64,000 nucleotides of DNA, from positions 1-64,000 of the IMG/VR virus record IMGVR_UViG_3300027887_000007. One strand, written 5' to 3'. The stretch's first letter is position 1. Each line of letters starts with the position of its first letter. The notes beneath the pieces are model-generated. The model worked only from the letters and a program-made list of their open reading frames with translations. It had not been told where the DNA came from and searched no databases. Positions 17,439-25,521 of the stretch are shown piece by piece. Made by a program: the position numbers and the translations under genes. This DNA is from a virus.

Positions 17439-18290
17439 ATGACGAGAATCTGGGGCGTTACGATGGTCGCCAACGAGGAGGACATTATCGGCTACACCCT
17501 CAGCCACCTGTTCTCACAGGGAGTGGATGGTGTGGTTGTTTGCCTTCACAACTGCACCGACAGAACCGAGGAGATCGTTCGAGACATGGCCCTAAGGCGA
17601 ACGATCGAGATCCTTCTGGAGCCCAAGAGCGCGTTCTATCAGGGAAGAAAGTTGACCGAACTCGCCAACTACGCGCATAGACTTGGGGCAGAGTGGGTTA
17701 TCCCGTTCGACGCCGACGAGCTCTGGTACCCTCTGGACCCCAAGCTAAGCCTCTATGGGTGTCTGGGTGCCGCTACACCGATCATGCAGAAGAGAGAACG
17801 CCGCGTTGTGGCCGCTACCATGCTCAATCACTTCACGACCAACGCCGACCAGGCCGAGCCAAATCCGTACAAGAGGCTCAAGTTCCGTCATGTCAACCCT
17901 AACCCGCTTCAGAAGTGCTGCGTCCTGTGGTCTCCGACGCTTGCCGTGGACGAGGGAAACCACCGGATCCTGATCGAGTCAGACTACAGTACGCCGTCTA
18001 GGGTTAACCCTGTAGATGGAGAGGAGATCGGGATCGGCATCAGGCACTTCTCGGCGCGGTCGGAGGATGTCTGGATCAGGAAGTCGATACTGGCCGGCAA
18101 CCGGCTCGCTCTCACAAAGCTCGATCCGTCCATCGGGGCTCATGTCAGGCAGTACGCCGGGACCGCCGCTGAGTATGGAGAGGAAGCGCTGCGGGAACAC
18201 TACCGCAAATGGTTCGTCTTCGACGTGTCACAAAAGCCCTACGAAGGCCCGATGGTCTACGACCCGGCACCTTACACCGGAGACCTATGA
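17439..18290 (+). CDS. glycosyltransferase family 2 (Glyco_tranf_2_4-like)
   Basis: MVANEEDII, CTDRT, WVIPFDADE, GNH, IRHF. Confidence 0.85.
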   Translation: MTRIWGVTMVANEEDIIGYTLSHLFSQGVDGVVVCLHNCTDRTEEIVRDMALRRTIEILLEPKSAFYQGRKLTELANYAHRLGAEWVIPFDADELWYPLDPKLSLYGCLGAATPIMQKRERRVVAATMLNHFTTNADQAEPNPYKRLKFRHVNPNPLQKCCVLWSPTLAVDEGNHRILIESDYSTPSRVNPVDGEEIGIGIRHFSARSEDVWIRKSILAGNRLALTKLDPSIGAHVRQYAGTAAEYGEEALREHYRKWFVFDVSQKPYEGPMVYDPAPYTGDL

Positions 18291-18946
18291 GCTACATCGT
18301 CGCCATCCCCAACCGCTTCCCCGAGGTCATCCAGCCGCTCATCGACTCAATCCAGAAGTACGAGAAACAGACGGAAGTCTACATCGTTGCAGATGGACAC
18401 AATCGGGGCTACGGCTACGAAGTCCTACACTACAAAAGCCCCAACTTCGTCTTCTCCGCGGCATCCAATATCGGAATCATGAAGGGCGTAAAGAACGGGA
18501 AGGATGTGTTTCTCATCAACGACGACATCCGGCTGATCGAGTTCGACACGTTCGGCCGGCTCTACGAGATCATGCAGGTTCGTCCCAAGCTGGGCATCTT
18601 GAGCCCACTCATCAAGGGATGCGTCGGCCAGGCCGCGCAGCACTGGTACAAGCGACACCTCTACCACCGATCGGAATGCCCCGTCCTGTACCTCAAGGGA
18701 GGTTCCCCGTTCTGCTTCCCGTTCGTCCTCTTCCGGAAGGAAATGGTCCTCGAGACTGGACCAATGGATGAGTCGTTCGTCGGATACGGCGGCGACGACA
18801 TCGCATACTCGCGCAAGGTCCGTAAGATGGGATGGATGACCGGCGTCACACCTCTAGTCACCGTCGAACATGGCGACGGAAGCCCCGGAATGGGGGAGGC
18901 CAGAGGGCGATCTTGGTCGGTCAGCTACAAAAAGCGGTACGGATAA
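18287..18946 (+). CDS. glycosyltransferase family 2
   Basis: FSAASNIG, LINDDI, MDESFVGYGGDD. Confidence 0.85.
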   Translation: MSYIVAIPNRFPEVIQPLIDSIQKYEKQTEVYIVADGHNRGYGYEVLHYKSPNFVFSAASNIGIMKGVKNGKDVFLINDDIRLIEFDTFGRLYEIMQVRPKLGILSPLIKGCVGQAAQHWYKRHLYHRSECPVLYLKGGSPFCFPFVLFRKEMVLETGPMDESFVGYGGDDIAYSRKVRKMGWMTGVTPLVTVEHGDGSPGMGEARGRSWSVSYKKRYG

Positions 18947-19006
18947 ACTCCACGAGCCGGGAAAACTCGCCGTAAACCGCCCTAGAATATTTTGTATTAC
19001 AATCAC

Positions 19007-19405
19007 CTAGGTCATGGGCTGTATTTCGAGGTCAAAACTCTCGTTGGGGCCTTGTACGCGAAATACGTGAAGCTCGGCTACCTGACGGTCGTTTTTGATC
19101 CTTCCGCTCTTCTCGATGCCGTCTAAAACTGCTTTTACGCCATCCACGTCGCCCTTCCCGCGCATCCAGATCGTCACACTGACCGGTCCTGTGGTGTCTT
19201 CCTCGAGGATCCGAAGCGTGTAGAACCCAACCACCTGCTCGAACTGCTTCACCTCCGAGCTGGGGCCGATCCAGTAGAGGGGTCCTCGGATGTACTTCTT
19301 CAGGCCGGTGACGTACTGCTGGATGGTCCCCCAGAACGTCCGGTTGAAGTGGATCTCGTAGGTATTGGCCTTGTTGGGGATGCCGCAGGGAATGGTGTGT
19401 CTCAT
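19007..19405 (-). CDS. rusA: RusA-like Holliday junction resolvase
   Basis: DVDGVKAVLDG...NDRQV catalytic pattern. Confidence 0.75.
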   Translation of the reverse strand: MRHTIPCGIPNKANTYEIHFNRTFWGTIQQYVTGLKKYIRGPLYWIGPSSEVKQFEQVVGFYTLRILEEDTTGPVSVTIWMRGKGDVDGVKAVLDGIEKSGRIKNDRQVAELHVFRVQGPNESFDLEIQPMT

Positions 19406-20742
19406 TTGTCGTACCACCTGTCGTCGCTTGGTTGCTCTGGCCTCTGGTCCTTGAATCTGGAGTACGCGGGCTCGAATCCCATCTCGATCGTCCCTTGGGG
19501 CCCGTTCCGCTGCTTGGCGAGAATCACCTCGGCCGGTAGAACCTCGTCAATCGCCGCATCCATCTGCTCCCGGTAGAGCATGAGGACCACGTCGGCATCC
19601 TGCTCGATCTGGCCCGACTGCCTCAGGTCGGACAGCTGCGGGCGCTTGTCCCGCCGCTTCTCAGACGCCCGGGACAGCTGAGCTGCGGAGATCACCGCGG
19701 CGTTCATGCTCTTGGCCATAGACTTCAAGGCCATCGAGATCGAGGATACCTTCTCGACGTCGGGCGCCTTCAGCAGGTGGTGTGGCGGGTAAACCAGCTG
19801 CAGGTAGTCGACCATGATGACGTTGATTTCCCGGTTCAGCCGGCGGATCCGCGATCGCATGTCCGCTACGGTCACAGTAGCCGAGTCGTCGATCCAGATC
19901 GGGTAGGTTGAAAGCTTGCTGGCGGCGTTCCCAAGCCTTACCCAGTCTTCCCGGGACATGAAACCCGTAACCATCCTGCTCAGCTTGACCTCTGCCATCG
20001 AGGAAAGCATCCGGTTTACCAGTTCCTTCTCGCTCATCTCCAGCGAGAAGATCACATGGCTGACCCCGGCAGCCGCCGACCGGGTAGCCATACCGAGGAG
20101 CAGGGAAGTTTTCCCGTGTCCGGGCCGACCAGCGACAATGGCGAGGTTCTTGCGGTTGATTCCGGTTGGAATCAGGGCGTCTATCCCGCCGAACCCCGTC
20201 TTGAATCCGTCGGCAGCCTTCTTCTCCTCGACCCTCTCCAGCTCGTTATAGGTCTCTTGGACAATGTCCGATATCGGACGTGGGCCCAGCTTCCGGTCCA
20301 GACGGGCCAGAGCTGAGTCCATCTCGCTGAAAGCATCTCCGACTATGTCTGAGAACTTTTCGTCCTGAGCCGCACACCGGACCATGAGCTCTTGAGCAAC
20401 CTGCAGACCGACCCTGAGACCGTACTTCTCCCGTAAAATAGCAATGTACTGAGGAGAAAGGACTTCCTTGAAATGAGGGACGGAATCGGTCAGTCCAGTT
20501 AAATAAAGCGGTCCTCCTACCTTGTCCAGCTGCCCAGCCGCCCGGAGCTCCTCCATAACGCTCAGAAGATCAGGCTGTCTCTCTGATTCGACGATCTTTA
20601 TGAGCGTCTTCCAGATGATCCTGTTGGCTTCGGAGTAGAAGTCTTTGTCCTCGAGGTCGGCATCCAGCCGGCCCGAGGTCATCACGTAGCCGAGGATCAC
20701 CTTCTCGATTTCTACGGCATTGGGGATCTCGATGTCGGCCAT
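19402..20742 (-). CDS. dnaB: replicative DNA helicase
   Basis: GRPGHGKT, FSLEMS, VDYLQL, AQLSR, DLRQSGQIEQDAD, KQRNGP; N-terminal DnaB domain. Confidence 0.95.
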   Translation of the reverse strand: MADIEIPNAVEIEKVILGYVMTSGRLDADLEDKDFYSEANRIIWKTLIKIVESERQPDLLSVMEELRAAGQLDKVGGPLYLTGLTDSVPHFKEVLSPQYIAILREKYGLRVGLQVAQELMVRCAAQDEKFSDIVGDAFSEMDSALARLDRKLGPRPISDIVQETYNELERVEEKKAADGFKTGFGGIDALIPTGINRKNLAIVAGRPGHGKTSLLLGMATRSAAAGVSHVIFSLEMSEKELVNRMLSSMAEVKLSRMVTGFMSREDWVRLGNAASKLSTYPIWIDDSATVTVADMRSRIRRLNREINVIMVDYLQLVYPPHHLLKAPDVEKVSSISMALKSMAKSMNAAVISAAQLSRASEKRRDKRPQLSDLRQSGQIEQDADVVLMLYREQMDAAIDEVLPAEVILAKQRNGPQGTIEMGFEPAYSRFKDQRPEQPSDDRWYDK

Positions 20743-21530
20743 CAGTACTCGTCCCCCCAAGTGATCGGCTTGGTTATGTCGGAGATCCTCCGGGCCATAG
20801 CTTCCCCCCAAACCTCGCGGAACAAAGCTTCCGTCAGGTTCGTCGCCACGCACAGGACAACCTCGTTGGGGTTCTCGTAGCAGTGGTTGATGAGGGTGAA
20901 CATGTAGTCGTAGGTGAAGTCTCCCGAGTTCACCTTGTCGAACTCGTCGATGAAAAGGTGGTGAGGGCCCCAGTAGTTAGCGCTCAGGTTGTCTGGACCC
21001 AAAGCCGACTCGTCTGAGAGTAGCCGGCCGAATTCTTCTCTGCGGTAGCGCTGGATGATCTCCCGGGCGGTCGTGAAGGTGACGCGGCGCCCAGCAAAGG
21101 CCGCTTCCTTGAACAGAGCCCACATCAGGTGCGTCTTGCCAGTCCCGGTCTCCCCGCGGAAGAAGTACCCGGAGAAAGGGTTCTTACGCAAGATCCCTAT
21201 TACCGTTTCCTGATACTCCGGGCTGACCGAGAGTGTCTCACATGGAGTCATGTGAGCTAGGTTGGCCTGAGTCAGGTACCGTTGCGGTACCCGGCTGCTG
21301 ACAACGCGCAGGCCGCGCTTTTTGGCTTGGCACCGGCATATCCTCCATCTGGTAGGGTCGTCCGGATGGGATTCCGCACCGGTGTCGCGGCAGATCGAAC
21401 ACTCAGGCTCGGGTGAGATTTCCTCCTGTAATTTTCCCTCCCTTATCAGCTGCGCCCGCCTTTCCGCTACCTCTCGCACTACCTCCTCGACGGATCCTGC
21501 TAAGCTCCTCATCGGCTCCTGACTTGCCAT
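20742..21530 (-). CDS. DnaC/IstB-like helicase loader ATPase
   Basis: CSIC..CRC Zn motif, GETGTGKT, FIDE, ATNL; between initiator and dnaB. Confidence 0.85.
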   Translation of the reverse strand: MASQEPMRSLAGSVEEVVREVAERRAQLIREGKLQEEISPEPECSICRDTGAESHPDDPTRWRICRCQAKKRGLRVVSSRVPQRYLTQANLAHMTPCETLSVSPEYQETVIGILRKNPFSGYFFRGETGTGKTHLMWALFKEAAFAGRRVTFTTAREIIQRYRREEFGRLLSDESALGPDNLSANYWGPHHLFIDEFDKVNSGDFTYDYMFTLINHCYENPNEVVLCVATNLTEALFREVWGEAMARRISDITKPITWGDEY

Positions 21531-22746
21531 AGCTCCTCCCGAATGGTCTCGCGTATTGGCCGGCGATTGCCTGATCGACTCGCTTCAAGTCCTTGGCCAG
21601 CCATTCTGGGGACATCCACCCGTGGTGTTCTGAATGGGTGGTTGAGGCGAGGTGCTTCACGAAGTCTACCCACTTCGTTTCGGCCGGGGACCCGTTTCCC
21701 GCAGCCATTCCTGTGAAGAGTTCTACTAGGGGTTTGTAACAATCCAATTTCGAGGGATCGCCGATATGGGAAGTTACCTCCATGAGTAGTCCCCGGTTTT
21801 GGTTCCACAGCTCCACGATGCTTTTGTTCGTGAGGGGGGTTTGGGGGGAGTGTATCCCTTCTTCTGGTTCCCCTTCTTTTGTAATACCTTCTTCTGTAAG
21901 CGATACAGTACCCGATACACGACCCGATACACGACCCGATACAAGGCAAAGAACTTTTGACTGATAAGAATCATACTTGCAAATAGTTACAAGGGTGCCA
22001 CTCGATACATGACCCGATACATTACCCGATACATGACCCGATACAACGCAAAGAAGATTATCTGTAAGCCGCCGGAAGACCGTAACGCATTGAATCATTT
22101 GCTCTTTCTCGAGTTTGTCGAGCCAGAAATGCACCATCCTCTGCGACTGGTCGTACTGTCTGGCCAAGTCCCGCTCCGAGACGATCCACTGACCCCTCTT
22201 CAGGGGGAATTTCTTTCCGTGGTACTCGACGTCGTGGTCCTTCCAAGCGGCGTCAAGGCAGAGGTCGATAAAGAGGAGTCGGACCCAGTAAGGTTTTCCC
22301 TTGAGCCACGGGTGATGACGGATCGAGCGCCAAAGACGGATGTACGAGTTGTTCTCGTCCCGGGGGTCCTCTGCAGACTCCTCAGGTGGAGGCGGTGGTG
22401 CCGTACTTGGGACGTACGTGGGCCGTTCATGGTCCGTTGAGTCTCCGTTGTCTTGGTGTGACAGGCAGCCGCGGACGTAGTTGACTCCGGCCCGTTTCTC
22501 GATCGCCTTTGAGAACGCGCCGGCGATGGCATCGCCCTGACCGTTGGCGATATCCCATATCTCTCGGAAGGTGTGACGCCGCTGGCTTTTGGTTTTACCG
22601 GCGCCATAAACGACGTTCTGTTCAAAGAGGGCCATGATCCAGCCCTCCAGATCGGTTTTGGTGTAGTTCTCTGCCTTACCTTGAGCGCCGGTTGCTTCCA
22701 ACCAGGCTGTCAGATCGGTTCCCATGACGGCCCCCACGGTACTCAT
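21403..22746 (-). CDS. phage replication initiator (replisome organiser)
   Basis: YIRLWRSI...LKRGQWIVSERDLA...GTLVTICKYDSYQ wHTH; internal iterons; start at 22746 or 22725. Confidence 0.8.
   Translation of the reverse strand: MSTVGAVMGTDLTAWLEATGAQGKAENYTKTDLEGWIMALFEQNVVYGAGKTKSQRRHTFREIWDIANGQGDAIAGAFSKAIEKRAGVNYVRGCLSHQDNGDSTDHERPTYVPSTAPPPPPEESAEDPRDENNSYIRLWRSIRHHPWLKGKPYWVRLLFIDLCLDAAWKDHDVEYHGKKFPLKRGQWIVSERDLARQYDQSQRMVHFWLDKLEKEQMIQCVTVFRRLTDNLLCVVSGHVSGNVSGHVSSGTLVTICKYDSYQSKVLCLVSGRVSGRVSGTVSLTEEGITKEGEPEEGIHSPQTPLTNKSIVELWNQNRGLLMEVTSHIGDPSKLDCYKPLVELFTGMAAGNGSPAETKWVDFVKHLASTTHSEHHGWMSPEWLAKDLKRVDQAIAGQYARPFGRSYGKSGADEELSRIRRGGSARGSGKAGAADKGGKITGGNLTRA
21901..22045. repeat. iteron arrays, putative replication origin
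   Basis: Two blocks of four 12-bp units with a CGATACA core (21901-21943 and 22003-22045) around an AT-rich spacer. Confidence 0.8.
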
Positions 22747-22957
22747 CTTTGTCCCTGTGGCACTCCACGCAAAGTCCCTGAGCATTCGCCCACTCGTCCC
22801 CGCCCAACTGGGACCGCTTGACGATGTGGTCCCGGGTCAACGGCCGGATCCGGCCGCAGATAGCGCAGCGGTACCCCTGCCGCTCGAACAGAGCTTCCCT
22901 CTGCTCCCGGTAGTCCTCCCGGTTGAGCCTAATCCTTTTGGGTTTTGGAAAGTTCAT
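22676..22957 (-). CDS. HNH endonuclease
   Basis: CAIC, DHIV, GG..N.QGLCVECH. Confidence 0.85.
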   Translation of the reverse strand: MNFPKPKRIRLNREDYREQREALFERQGYRCAICGRIRPLTRDHIVKRSQLGGDEWANAQGLCVECHRDKDEYRGGRHGNRSDSLVGSNRRSR

Positions 22958-23708
22958 CTCGCCCCTTCTCGACCCATGTCGCCACCTGAGTAATCACCCG
23001 ATTGTAAACCGAATGATCGTCGGTGTTGAGCTGTTCGAGTAGACGGCCGATAACCATGAGAATGTAGGAGGTTCGGCCCTGAACGAGACCCTTCCCGTCG
23101 TCTCTGTACCCGGATTGCCAGTCGACGCAGATCATCCTGATCGCATCGCTCGGGCTCCGATCGGATCCGAGTATCATTTGCATCGTCTTTATCGCTTCGT
23201 TGACCTCGAAGATGCCGTCGCCGTAGAACTTGAACGTCTTGAAATGGACTTCCTCGTCCTGCTTTCCTTCGCCATGGTCGCAGTCTCCCGACAGGGCAGA
23301 CCTAACCCTAGCAATAAAGGTGGTCGTTTTCTCTTCGATGGCGTGGAGGAAGTAGTTCTCGGGGAGGGCGCCAAAATGCTTTTTCACTCTGGCGAGCTGG
23401 CGGCACTTGGTAGAGCCTATTCGCTCGAGTAGGTCTGTCGGGTACTGTCCGAGTTGCTCGGCGATGTCGATCAGGTCGTAGTACTGGGTTCTGCTCTGTG
23501 GGAAGGCGCCCTTAACCCACTCTGATTCATCGGTGTAGCCACGATACGCCCAGTAGGCGTTACGTTTAGCCTCTAGCAGGTTCATGGCCAGAATCATGAA
23601 CTTGCCTTCTACCTTTTTCTGAGCCTCACCAAGCCATGACCATAACTCGTCAATCCGCCTTAGCACCTCTTCGGCCCGAACTGGATCGGGGGAGGGAATC
23701 ACTTCCAA
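22929..23708 (-). CDS. hypothetical protein
   Basis: Long ORF within the operon. Confidence 0.7.
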   Translation of the reverse strand: MEVIPSPDPVRAEEVLRRIDELWSWLGEAQKKVEGKFMILAMNLLEAKRNAYWAYRGYTDESEWVKGAFPQSRTQYYDLIDIAEQLGQYPTDLLERIGSTKCRQLARVKKHFGALPENYFLHAIEEKTTTFIARVRSALSGDCDHGEGKQDEEVHFKTFKFYGDGIFEVNEAIKTMQMILGSDRSPSDAIRMICVDWQSGYRDDGKGLVQGRTSYILMVIGRLLEQLNTDDHSVYNRVITQVATWVEKGRDELSKTQKD

Positions 23709-24180
23709 GGGCTTGCCTCAAAAGCGCAAAATTCGGAACAGGGAGAGGCTCTCCCTTCTGAAGAGCCTCGAACGATTCGGTTTTGGAAAGGAACCCGAAC
23801 ACGGGGTCTCCCACTCTGCCAGTGGCTTTCCAACAGATCAGTATCAGCTTTGCAGCCGCCGGGTCGATGCCTAGCCGTTCGCAGAGTGTCTCGAAGGCCG
23901 GGTGGCCAAACAGAACGACCTTAGCGCTCAGGCGGTGCTGCCAAGATACTCGCTTGGCGAGATAGTCTCGTTCCGCAAGGCGGACGATGTCAATCAGAAT
24001 CCGCAGTCCCTTCACGGTCGAAGCGATGTCAGAATGGGATATCGTCGTCCGTGATGATTGGCTTGCCTGCTTCGTCGAAGAGAGGGGACTGCCGCTCGGT
24101 CTGGCTTCGGGGCGGAAGGGGGGCAATCGGATCTTCTTTTGGGCCTCCGTCTGGTCCGTAAGATCCAATGCTGGGTTCAT
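23650..24180 (-). CDS. hypothetical protein (start uncertain, possibly 24015)
   Basis: FETLCERLGIDP motif; 5' part overlaps ssb. Confidence 0.55.
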   Translation of the reverse strand: MNPALDLTDQTEAQKKIRLPPFRPEARPSGSPLSSTKQASQSSRTTISHSDIASTVKGLRILIDIVRLAERDYLAKRVSWQHRLSAKVVLFGHPAFETLCERLGIDPAAAKLILICWKATGRVGDPVFGFLSKTESFEALQKGEPLPVPNFALLRQALGSDSLPRSSSGRRGAKAD

Positions 24181-24544
24181 TGTCCTCCTCTGTCCCTTTG
24201 GGTGTGGACCGTGAGCCCGAAGCGAGATTGATCTGGGTGATGATCACCTTGGTACTGATCTTCTCGGTACCGTCTTTTGCCTCGTACTTGCGGATGTCTA
24301 GCTTGCCGAGGATGAAGACCTTCGACCCTTTTCGGAGATACTGGTAACAGAATTCCCCTGTAGAGTCAAACGCCACGCAGTTGAACCACGTCGTTTTCTC
24401 CTTCCGATCGCCCGTTGGGGTTGTGTATCCCTCGTTGCAGGCGATCGAAAACTCTACCCGGGCCTTGCCTGCTTCTGACGTGTGCTTCTCGGGGTCCCTG
24501 CCGAGGTTTCCCGACACGAAGAAGTGATTGAAGTCTCTTGCCAT
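24029..24544 (-). CDS. ssb: single-stranded DNA-binding protein
   Basis: GNLGRDPE, TTWFNCVAF, LRKGSKV, DDDIPF tail. Confidence 0.95.
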   Translation of the reverse strand: MARDFNHFFVSGNLGRDPEKHTSEAGKARVEFSIACNEGYTTPTGDRKEKTTWFNCVAFDSTGEFCYQYLRKGSKVFILGKLDIRKYEAKDGTEKISTKVIITQINLASGSRSTPKGTEEDNEPSIGSYGPDGGPKEDPIAPLPPRSQTERQSPLFDEAGKPIITDDDIPF

Positions 24545-24557
24545 AGTTGTCTCCGCG

Positions 24558-25208
24558 TTAGCTCAGTTTTACGGTGAACATTCCCCACGACCCGGGCGTC
24601 CTTGATCCCGGTCGCCAGTCTGAGAGACCTTTGATTTGACCAGATATAGTAAGGATGGTCTCGAGGACTTTCGGTGTGATCGTCGGGTCGGTGATCGCCA
24701 TGCGACCGGTACAGGTCCAACGATCAAAGCGTGGACGAACCCGAATGTGCTTGGCGGTACCAACCCTAGCCCTCTTCATGAAGAGACTGAAACCCATCTG
24801 TACCGCTCTGTCGACGTGTTCCTTGTACGTCTTCAGTGGCATCATAGCCTCGATTTCACTGAACGGAATCAGTCTTCCGTTGGTCTTGAACTCGAAAAAC
24901 GGATCGAGAGATACCAGACCGCTTTGACTGGTAGCCTTGAAGGTCTTGTTACCCTTACCAATCGGAACCTGAGCGGCGCCGTCCATGATGCACCGCATGA
25001 TGTTTTCCGACGGCATGGCGACATTATTCCCGTCGTGATAGAGACATCCGATCCACCTGAATGGTGGAGTGCGATCGTCTCCAGCCTTGCTGAGCTTCTT
25101 GTTGGCCGGATCGTTTTTCCATTCTTCCATCTGATCGGCCCATTCGATGTTGTCCGAGTGCATCAATAGCGGTGTGGTACCAGTGAATTCAACTGTAACG
25201 ACGTCCAT
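24558..25208 (-). CDS. stand-alone RAMP/Cas7-like protein, putative effector of the adjacent GGC-NN arrays
   Basis: N-terminal VEFTGTTPLLMH strand, AMPSENIMRCI helix and C-terminal Gly-rich loop GLSDWRPGSRTPGSWGMFTV, in RAMP order. Confidence 0.7.
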   Translation of the reverse strand: MDVVTVEFTGTTPLLMHSDNIEWADQMEEWKNDPANKKLSKAGDDRTPPFRWIGCLYHDGNNVAMPSENIMRCIMDGAAQVPIGKGNKTFKATSQSGLVSLDPFFEFKTNGRLIPFSEIEAMMPLKTYKEHVDRAVQMGFSLFMKRARVGTAKHIRVRPRFDRWTCTGRMAITDPTITPKVLETILTISGQIKGLSDWRPGSRTPGSWGMFTVKLS

Positions 25209-25243
25209 TTAGTCTCTCCTTTGGTTTGTTGTTGGTTTATGTT

Positions 25244-25340
25244 GCGCCATTGGCGCCCTTGCCTTGCCGAGCCTTGCCGAGCCTTGCCAAGCCCCGCCTC
25301 GCCTTGCCATGCCGAGCCATGCCGGGCCATGCCGCGCGAA
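25244..25340 (-). ncRNA. GGC-NN pentamer repeat RNA, unit 2 (15 units + terminal hairpin)
   Basis: GGC every 5 nt from 25333 to 25259, then GG and hairpin GCGCC-AAT-GGCGC (25256-25244). Confidence 0.75.
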
Positions 25341-25361
25341 AAACAATATGATTGCGTATCA

Positions 25362-25521
25362 GCGCCATTGGCGCCCTTGCCCTGCCACGCCCCGCCACGC
25401 CATCCCATGCCGCGCCCTGCCATGCCGAGCCGAGCCGCGCCCTGCCATGCCGAGCCGAGGCTTGCCTCGCCCCGCCGCGCCAAGCCGTGCCACGCCGGGC
25501 CGCGCCGGGCCTCAAAACAAA
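25362..25521 (-). ncRNA. GGC-NN pentamer repeat RNA, unit 1 (27 units + terminal hairpin)
   Basis: GGC every 5 nt from 25511 to 25377 (25 of 27 exact), same terminus as unit 2, TTGTTTT leader. Confidence 0.75.

Noticed and set aside
13121-19000. Prophage boundary at the tRNA, with the GT cluster as host DNA
   Set aside because: Phage-specific motifs (TCCAATATCGGA, GAGACCTATG) occur inside the GT operon, and phage genes flank it on both sides.
25244-25521. Canonical CRISPR array
   Set aside because: There are no 25-45 bp repeats with unique spacers and no cas1/cas2; only the 20-nt terminus is repeated, twice.
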